Assembly: GCA_002269645.1 (NCBI GenBank)
Contig: NIVC01000387.1
Span: 186,001-250,000 of the forward strand
Reading direction: 5' to 3'
DNA from: Macrostomum lignano
Taxonomy: Eukaryota
DNA: 64,000 nt
In this document: positions 35,312-64,000 of the stretch, piece after piece
How positions within the stretch are numbered: the stretch's first letter is position 1
Layout: each line of letters starts with the position of its first letter
Translations under genes and position numbers: made by a program
Notes under the pieces: model-generated
Database searches by the model: none
What the model was told of the DNA's origin: nothing
The model's input: only the letters and a program-made list of their open reading frames with translations

Positions 35312-36277
35312 CACTGACAATCAGAGATTTCAGTCGTAGTTAAGGCCGTTCAGCCGGTATTTTGTATTTTTCAAAAGCCAGTAAACGTACTTTTATACGA
35401 GCTTTAGTGCGAAAAATGATGTGCTATAATTTAAATTGACACACTGTGTAAAGAGTTCTTCAATTAGAAGCCAAAAAGTTAACAAGATTGAAAAACATTG
35501 GATAACGAAGCGCAACAACTGTGAATGGATGGAGTCCAATGACCATGCAATCGACATTGATTGACTTGGGAGTTGAAGAAGCACCACTCTGTAACAAGGA
35601 AGCGGAATCTCTTCCACTATCGCATTCAAGTGCTAGCGAGATGTAATTTCATACATACTATTACACGTAGGTATACATTAGCAACTGCGAAAGGTGGCTT
35701 TGGCAACTATAATACCATATGTAGTTCATATGGACGATATGGTTCAATTGAGTCTGTTGTCTCTGACCGCAACCATAAGCTAAGAATCAATAAAATTACT
35801 GTTTGCGACGCATTAAATAATCGTACAACAAATGCAAGCGCCTATCAATTCGTCCCCTAGACTATGTACATGTACATCTGTAGATACAGTGAAGTGTACC
35901 ACAGTTCAGTTACATTTTTTCTAACATTGAAACTGCTTTCTCGCATTTTTCGAATAAAGCGAAAGGTTTTTCAGATTCGACGAATTCGATTCGAGAAGGG
36001 AAATAAATCAAATAATTTAACCACGGACTTATCGGTGAAGTCAATAGTAAGTTATTCCAGATATATGTGTGTCTGTAAATTGCTTTAATTGTAAATAAGT
36101 TGTAGAAAATCAGGTAACACATTTTGCAAACTACATTTCCAGCTCATATAGATTCAAATTATTTAAGATTTGTTAACATTTTTGTCATCTTGATTTTTAA
36201 AGATTTTAAACAGAACATCTACTGATGCTAATAGGACTAAAAAGAAGCGGATTCAGTACACTAGAGATTATCTTATC

Positions 36278-39200
36278 TTGATTAATAATAGTATCACTCA
36301 TAGGAACATAAAAATATCTCAAAATACTAAATCAAAACTCTCTGAACTCAATATTAAAAAGATTAAACAAAATTTCACAATTAGCAGTTGGAATATTACA
36401 GGACTTTATACTATAAAAGACTCAGTGATGATTCCCAAGCTTGAATTGTTAGAAGCTGAACCAATTTTTAAGCATGATATTTTCTGCCTTCAAGAAACTT
36501 GGATAATTGACACAAAAAGCAATGATAGGCTTCTCAGCACTGACAAATTGCGTGACAACTACACAATTTTCCAAAAGTCTGCAAACAAAAAAGGAAGCAG
36601 TTCTACTGGTAGGGCATCTGGCGGCCTACTGACTGCTTATAAAAAATCACTAGAAACACATTTCAATGTGACTGAGTCATTCAATAATTACAACAATTTT
36701 TTGACATTAAACTTTAAAAACAAAAAGGACAAAAGCAAAAATTTCACTGTTATCAACTCTTACATACCACCAACATCTTCAAAATACTATGAAGAAGAGT
36801 CTTGGGAACAGTTAGCACTAATACTTGATGCACATCATTCTGAAGAAAACATAATCCTGGTGGGAGATTTTAATGCACATACTTACAATACTGATCATAT
36901 AGATTTGCATAGAATAAGCACTTTAAAGGCAAAAAATATCTCACTCTATAGGCAAAGCCAAGACAAAAAAACCTGTAAAAGTGGTAGATTATTAAACCAA
37001 ATCACAAACTCATATAACTTGCATATAATCAATGGTAGATCCCTATCTGATGCAACTGGAACACTTACCTTTATCTCCAAAACTGGTTCATCTGTAATTG
37101 ACCTCTGTTTTGTCTCTAGCAACTTACTTGAGCACTTTGAAGACTTTAAAGTAAGAAACCATACTTACCTTAGTGACCACAATCAAATTATACTCTCATT
37201 ATCATGTAAATTCACAGCAGAGATTACAGAAACAAAACAAGCAACCAATAACCAAAGAACAAAATTCCGGATATTAAGAAAACTAGATAAACCCACCCCA
37301 CAACAAGAAAAACATATCAATTGCTTCTCAGATGATCTAAAGGATCTGGAGAATAAAATCCCAAATCTCGACATGCAAAACCCAGCTTTCATCCATAATT
37401 TAAGCAAGAAAGTTCAGCAAATCCAAAGTAAAATCACAGTAGAAACAAAAAACCCTCTCTGTTCAGCATTGCCACAATTTCTTAAAGACCTGAGAAATGC
37501 CACCAGGCATGCCAGCAGAAGATATAAGATGTTCCCCACAAGTAGCAACCTCGCATCCAAAATACAGCTTAAAAAACATATGAAAAAAGCTTGATTTCTT
37601 GGAAACATGAATCAATACTGTGTGCAGAAAACATGATCAACCAGGCTTATATTCAAAATGATACAAGACAGCTTTGGCAATTACTGAAACCACATAACCG
37701 CCCCAATAACAATGCAGCAATTGACGAAAAATTTGTCATACACTTTCAAAATCTTGTAACTGAACAAGACAGCAGCATTAGACTAGCATACAATCTTCAC
37801 CTTGACAACCCTATTCTGACTAATTTAGAGGATTTCAATGCCCCATTCACCAAAGAAGAAGTTATAAAACATATTAAAAAGCTCAAAACCGACAAAGCAC
37901 CTGGGCATGATAAAGTATATGTAGAAACACTCAAATACCTTGAAAACGAACTTACTGACCTCCTATGCTCACTTTTCAACGAAGCACTCAAACAAGGAAC
38001 CTTTCCAACTAGTTGGATTACAAATACTCTTCATCCGATTTATAAAAACAAAGGCAGCAGTGCCGACCCCAACAATTACAGAGGAATCTGCATTCAACCA
38101 ATTTTTGGCAAGCTCTTTTGCCAAATTATTAAATCCAGACTTGAAAACCTAGCATACGCTAACAATCTTATATCAAAATACCAATACGGTTTCAAGCCCA
38201 ATCACAGCACAATCGACCAATGTTTTAATCTTTACAACATTATAAACCAGTCCATCTACAACAAAAATGAACTCTTTATCGGTTTTGTTGACTATGAAAA
38301 AGCCTTCGATAGCTTAAATCAACCGACCCTTTGGCACAAAACGGATAACCAAGGTATTAAAGGTCAAATGACAGAACTTATCAAGAGCATGCATAAAAAT
38401 GCCTGTTTCATTCTAAAGAAAGATGATGATGATGATGAAACCCAGCCAATCCCAATATCTAAAGGTGTTCTTCAAGGTAACCCTCTCTCTACCATCCTTT
38501 TTGAACTATATATTGACGACATTGTTGAATATCTTGAACTCTCTAGCGCTAGGCGCTCTCTTACGAGATCTGCTTTCCCACTCATCCTGCTCTTTGCGGA
38601 CGATCAAGCCATTCTAGCTAAAAACAAAGATGAACTTCAAGACACATTTACAACTATGGAAAATTACTGCAAGCAAAACTACTTGAAAGTTAATGCAAGC
38701 AAAACAAAGTTTATGCAGGGCAGTACCAGACAAAAAAATGACACAGAAAGTTTTGCTACAAAAATAATCTACGACAACCAAGAAATAGAGGAAGTAAATG
38801 AATTTAAATACCTGGGAATTATTTTTGAACCAAAAAACAGCTTTAAAAAATGTATTGAACATCAAACTAAGCAGGGTTATTCAGCTATGTTTTCCCTACT
38901 CCACAAGGTAAAAAATACGTCCCTGGACATCACACTCATTCGCAGACTATTCGACGCGCTTGTCACCCCCGTTATCACGTACGGCTGTGAGCTCTGGGGC
39001 CCTCTGGCTACCATTTCTGAAACAAAAGCTATTGATAACATTCAGCTGAAATTCTACAAATATCTCCTCAATCTACCAAAATTTGCTAGCAACAGTGTGA
39101 TATCATCAGAACTTGAGCTTACTCCAATCTCCCAACGAATTGCTAAAACCTATCTTACCTACTGGCTGAAGATTAGACATCAAAAACTTTGCCAAACGAC

Positions 39201-39762
39201 ACTAGAAATTTTCTACTCAAACACCAGCCAAAAAAATCCATGGAAAACAAATATACTAAAGAAACTGGAAAGTATAGACTTAAAAGCACTAACTGAAGAT
39301 AAACTTTCCCAAAGCTTTAATAACGAGAAATACCTAGTGAAAAAGCACCTCAAGATACACAGAGAAAGAGAACTTAGCCAAAAGCTAGAGAATCAGCAAC
39401 ATATTAAACTCTATAAAAACGCCTATCTCTACAAAAAAATCTGCAGGCCTGACCTTTCAGATTACTTTCCATGCACTTTTAGAAACAAAAAATTCCTAAC
39501 AACCCTCCTAAAACTGAAATGCGAAATTACACCCAACATTTTCTCTCATGAACCATGTAGACTGTGTGGAGCGAGAAATGGTTCCGATATCCTACACTAC
39601 TTGACCGAATGTCCACAAACCGAAAAGTTCAGAAAAAAATACTTCTGTCAGTACCTCCTAAATGACAAGCAAGTACACAAGTTAGGATATGCTACAAATG
39701 AAAAAAGAGTCAGAAAAGAGCTCACTGGTGTAGCTAAAATATATGAAGTCATGAATAGCTAA
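36278..39762 (+). pseudogene. LINE EN-RT ORF split by a -1 frameshift at ~37573-37591
   Basis: ORFs 36278-37594 and 37591-39762 overlap in different frames; one extra A in the A6 run at 37583-37588 fuses them into ~1160 codons. Confidence 0.75.
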
Positions 39763-40180
39763 AACAGTTATGCAAACTGAAACAGACATATCAGCAGTGA
39801 AATAAATCCGCCTTTCCCATTTTTAATTTCCTACTTAATTAGCACTTAATTAGTATTTAATTAGTTTCCTATCTAATACCTATTTAAATCGTCGTCTTTC
39901 GCTTAACGTAAAGTCCCTTCGAAGTTCGTTTTTGTTCATTTTTCTTTCGTTTTTACTTTTATTAACTGCAATACTTTTTTTAACTCCTTGCTTTTTCTTT
40001 CGCTTCGTTAGTCGTCCAAGTATCGTTAATAACTTTTCCGCGTTCTTTCAAATACCATTTTGCAAAACTCGTACTAATCATAATTAAATAACTAGTGCTA
40101 AAATATTGTCTCCTATTCCTGAAGCAATCTTAAATACATAGAAATATATTGGCCAAACAGGCTTCTTGCCTGAGCCAACT

Positions 40181-40210
<30 letters not shown>
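36278..40210 (+). mobile_element. Non-LTR retrotransposon (LINE) with APE endonuclease, RT, C-terminal Cys/His motif and (TAC)10 tail
   Basis: EN: ISSWNITGL, DIFCLQETW, INSYIPP, ILVGDFNAH, SSVIDL, SDH. RT: KAPGHD, NYRGI, QYGFKPNHSTIDQ, FVDYEKAFD, GVLQGNPLS, LFADD, FKYLG. CRLCG...HYLTEC. 3' hairpin AGGCTTCTTGCCT before (TAC)10 at 40181-40210. AT-rich. Confidence 0.92.
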
Positions 40211-40214
<4 letters not shown>

Positions 40215-41522
40215 TAGATAATGATCGTACAAATGTTTTAAAGAACCAAATATTTAATAGTTAGCGTGTTGTTTGCTTGCAATTATCTGATGAGTTAATT
40301 AGTAGTTGTAGCTGTAAGTTTTTGTGTTTGTGTATTAGATATATCTAAAATAACGAATCCATTGATTGTTTGAACGGCGATTAGACCTAATTGTAGTAGC
40401 AAGCAACTCTAGCTGGTTATTGCGAGTGTTAGTTAGCCACTCAAAAAGGTTGAGAAATAGAAGGTGGCTGTGCCTGTATATTTATTGTCTGGCAGAGCTC
40501 AGATTTCCGGTTCATTGAGTGCGCGTTGGGATGTGCTCGAGCAAGGGGAAGCGGATAGGCTGCGTGTGGTCACGAAGTGAAAACTGGGTGTCCTGAACTG
40601 CCTGCCTGCACATGCTACACTAATATAATCCTGTTCAGATTATAGCCTATATAGGTAAAGTAAAATATAACCTGCTAGCTAGAAGTTTAGAACTAAACTG
40701 TTTGAACAAAGTAGACATCCTTTCTGCAAATTTGTGTTAAATAGTTATAAGGTAGCCAAGTTGAAACAAAAATTGACTATGATATGGGAGATTTTTATTT
40801 GCAAACTTGCTAGGTCTATTTCATTTTTTTGTTAATAAAAGCTTTGTTAATAACTTTGTTAATAACAGTCCTATTGCTTAACATACTAAAAGCTACTAGA
40901 TTGTTAAGATTTATCCTTACAATCTTCAGGCCTATGCACTTCAAAAAATCTTCACATTGCCAGTTGCTTCCCATAGACATTTTGTAGCATAAGCATCTTT
41001 CTAGTAACTCTAAAACACTTTGAGATTTGAGTTAAAATGCTTTCAGGTTTAGGCAACTCATTTTTAGCATAATGTTTATTAGAGGTCGGACAAATAGAAA
41101 ATTTTGGTTGGACATGAAATTTTATGAAATTTTCAAAGTCAGGCATGATTGTAATCATAATTGACATAAACATGAATTTATATTTAAATGTGCATATATG
41201 CATTACAAGATTGTAAGTTATAAGTGTAGAAAATAAATAATAAAACAAGAACAAAAACTATTATATATTAGATAATAGATATTCAGTAACGTTGTCAAGT
41301 CAACAAATACAAAGTTTATTATTGCTTTACACATTTGTGTTCATGTTTTTTTAGTAAATCAAATAAAAAAGTTATAATTATAAAAATAAACAGAAATTCA
41401 TAACCTCATGAATGGGTTTAAGGTAGGCCTAATCATAATCATGAAAAATGGTCATGAATTCACAAAATTGTGATCACAATTGTGATCATATCCAACCTCT
41501 AATGTTTATTATCCATACATGC

Positions 41523-41676
41523 GCAACCTTGGGATTCACTCGGCCGTTTCTATTGGCAACACACACACATGTAAGTCGCTATTGGCTGAGAGCAGTCACA
41601 TGACTACTATTCTGTCCAATAGCGACTTACATGTGTGTGTTGCCAATAGAAACGGCCGAGTGAATCCCAAGGTTGC
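41523..41676. repeat. Near-perfect long palindrome (61-63-bp arms, 30-nt loop)
   Basis: GCAACCTTGGGATTCACTCGGCCGTTTCTATTGGCAACACACACACATGTAAGTCGCTATTGG (41523-41585) pairs with 41616-41676; the only difference is one CA unit. Confidence 0.95.
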
Positions 41677-43267
41677 ACCCAAGAATGTTATTATCCATTA
41701 TAAAATTATAAGTGATTAGAGTTACAAAAAAGAAATAAGTATTTGAAAATAAATTTGAAGATAAAAAAGGTTAAAATATTAGTTTTATTTCTTTAATTTT
41801 AAATTTTATATTCTCTACAGGTAGACTTATAAGATCATCTATCTATAAAGACAAAAAGTATAAAATTTTAGAAGACAATGGTATATAGTATATGTTTTAT
41901 ACATGTGCAACCCCCCTTGATTTACACTGGCCATGCAACTTACTTTTTAACCAAAAATATGACTTAACTATAAAAGAAACCTAAAAGCAAAAATTAATGT
42001 AATTTTGGATAAATGGCAAGAGTAACTTTAATTGTCTTATATGTGTATAAGGAGTAAAAAACTTGTCATCTAATTAGTACTACATCTTTTTTGGGTAGGC
42101 ATTTTTGTGACTTACCTTGGCTAGTCCCCTTGCCAACTGGCTAGATCAGCCATGTCAACCAGGTGTTGCGCATGTATGACATGGTTTTTTGGTAAGTACT
42201 ATATCAAAAAGTATTGTTAAACATTTTGTATTAGGCCTAAGTCATTATTGTTATCAATATATTCAATTACTCTGTGCCTTATTATTAGTTTGTCCTACTA
42301 TTTCCCTGTGTCTTACCATTTGTCTTTAGTCTGTTTGTCCTACTATTGTGTTGTATCCCACTTCATAGTCTATTCATCTTGCTATTGCCTTGTATTCTAT
42401 GCTCATAGTCCATTTGTCCTACTATGCATTACCCTATGTCCTACCATCATAGACTGGTTATCCTAACTATTTCCTTATGTCATACTATCAATCAGTTTTA
42501 TGAATATAAAAAAGTTATTTTAAATCCTTGCATAGATCATGAGCTTAAAGTATATTTTATATATTAGTATATCATCGATTCATATTTAAAGGTTCTATAC
42601 TAATTTGAGAAGATTTTTTGAAAAGACAATTCATTTGTAAATAGTTTCGATTCTACTAAAATATATAGAAGGCTTTCATAAGTCACTTCAAATGCATTAT
42701 ACATGCTGTTAATCAGTTTGAGCTTAATTCCGATGTTTTAGTTTCAAATAATTTTCTGCCTACTAATCCTACACGCGTGTAACTAGAAGGCTTTGTTAAC
42801 GAAAGAGCTTTGTCTGCTCTGCTTTGCTAGTTTTTTTGGCATTGCGTCACGCCAGCTCCTTTATCACAGTGCTATCCAAGCTCGTTGACCCCGGGGCATT
42901 GTGGCAAGCCTGCCTCACTGTTTAAAGCCAAGCCTGCCTCACTGTTTAAAGCCAAGCCTGGCGGGCTCGCGTCACTCGGTCCAGGAATGTCTGTCCAGGC
43001 CGCTTCATTCTGCCTGTCAAATTGTTTTTTAGGTTTTTTTCTCTTCTTTAGCTCTTGCTGCTTTTTGTGGTTCGCTTATCTGAGAGCCAGTGGCAGCAGC
43101 AGCAAGGGGGGACCTTTGATCTCCGTCCGCCTCAACCCCGGCCGATTCCAGATGACACCAATCACTGACCAGCGGCTCGCCATTGAACAGAGCTTAAATA
43201 TAAAGCGATAAACTCGCCAGCGAAGCGTTCTGTGACCAATTTCCTTTCTGAGACTGTCGCACTGAGA

Positions 43268-63798
<20,531 letters not shown>

Positions 63799-63912
63799 TC
63801 TGCTTCGTCGCAGGGTCATTCCGGGTCACAGTGCCGTCCCTCGGGATTGATTGCGCTATTTTCATTGACGTTTCTTTAACCGTACGCTTCCGCCGCTTTG
63901 TGAACAGATGTT

Positions 63913-64000
63913 GCCTTAGATACTGAGATTTCCCTTGGATACGAGATTCCCCTTAAATACGGGGATTTCCCTTGGATACGAAATTCCCCTTAGATACGGG
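63913..64000. repeat. 19-bp tandem repeat downstream of the ACC stop, truncated by the window edge
   Basis: GATTTCCCTTGGATACG-type units, ~5 copies. Confidence 0.8.

Noticed and set aside
35864-36277. Short ORFs upstream of the LINE as a possible ORF1
   Set aside because: Under 100 aa, AT-rich, with no RRM, zinc knuckle or coiled-coil features.

Overview
Eukaryotic (animal) genomic DNA with GT-AG spliceosomal introns and GC3-rich exons; it is not prokaryotic. The extreme load of intronic minisatellites resembles the flatworm Macrostomum lignano (inference, not confirmed). Layout: (1) a 20-exon TRPM-family cation channel gene on the minus strand (21884->326, ~1438 aa) whose exon 10 is one base short (frameshift); (2) nested inverted-repeat elements and a decayed BEL/Pao fragment; (3) two tandem caveolin paralogues; (4) a divergent GULO/ALO-like FAD-linked oxidase and an orphan beta-propeller-like gene; (5) an APE-RT LINE split by a one-base frameshift and ending in a (TAC)n tail; (6) a complete 15-exon acetyl-CoA carboxylase gene (43268->63798, ~2407 aa). 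The most striking pattern is that 8 of 19 TRPM introns and 12 of 14 ACC introns carry their own private tandem repeats. These usually start within a few to tens of bases of a splice site, and three arrays are built from the splice junction itself (8 donor copies; ~19 acceptor copies; a donor-derived unit). The 21 kb between the two large genes is almost free of such arrays. All exon models were read and phase-checked by hand; no database searches were possible.
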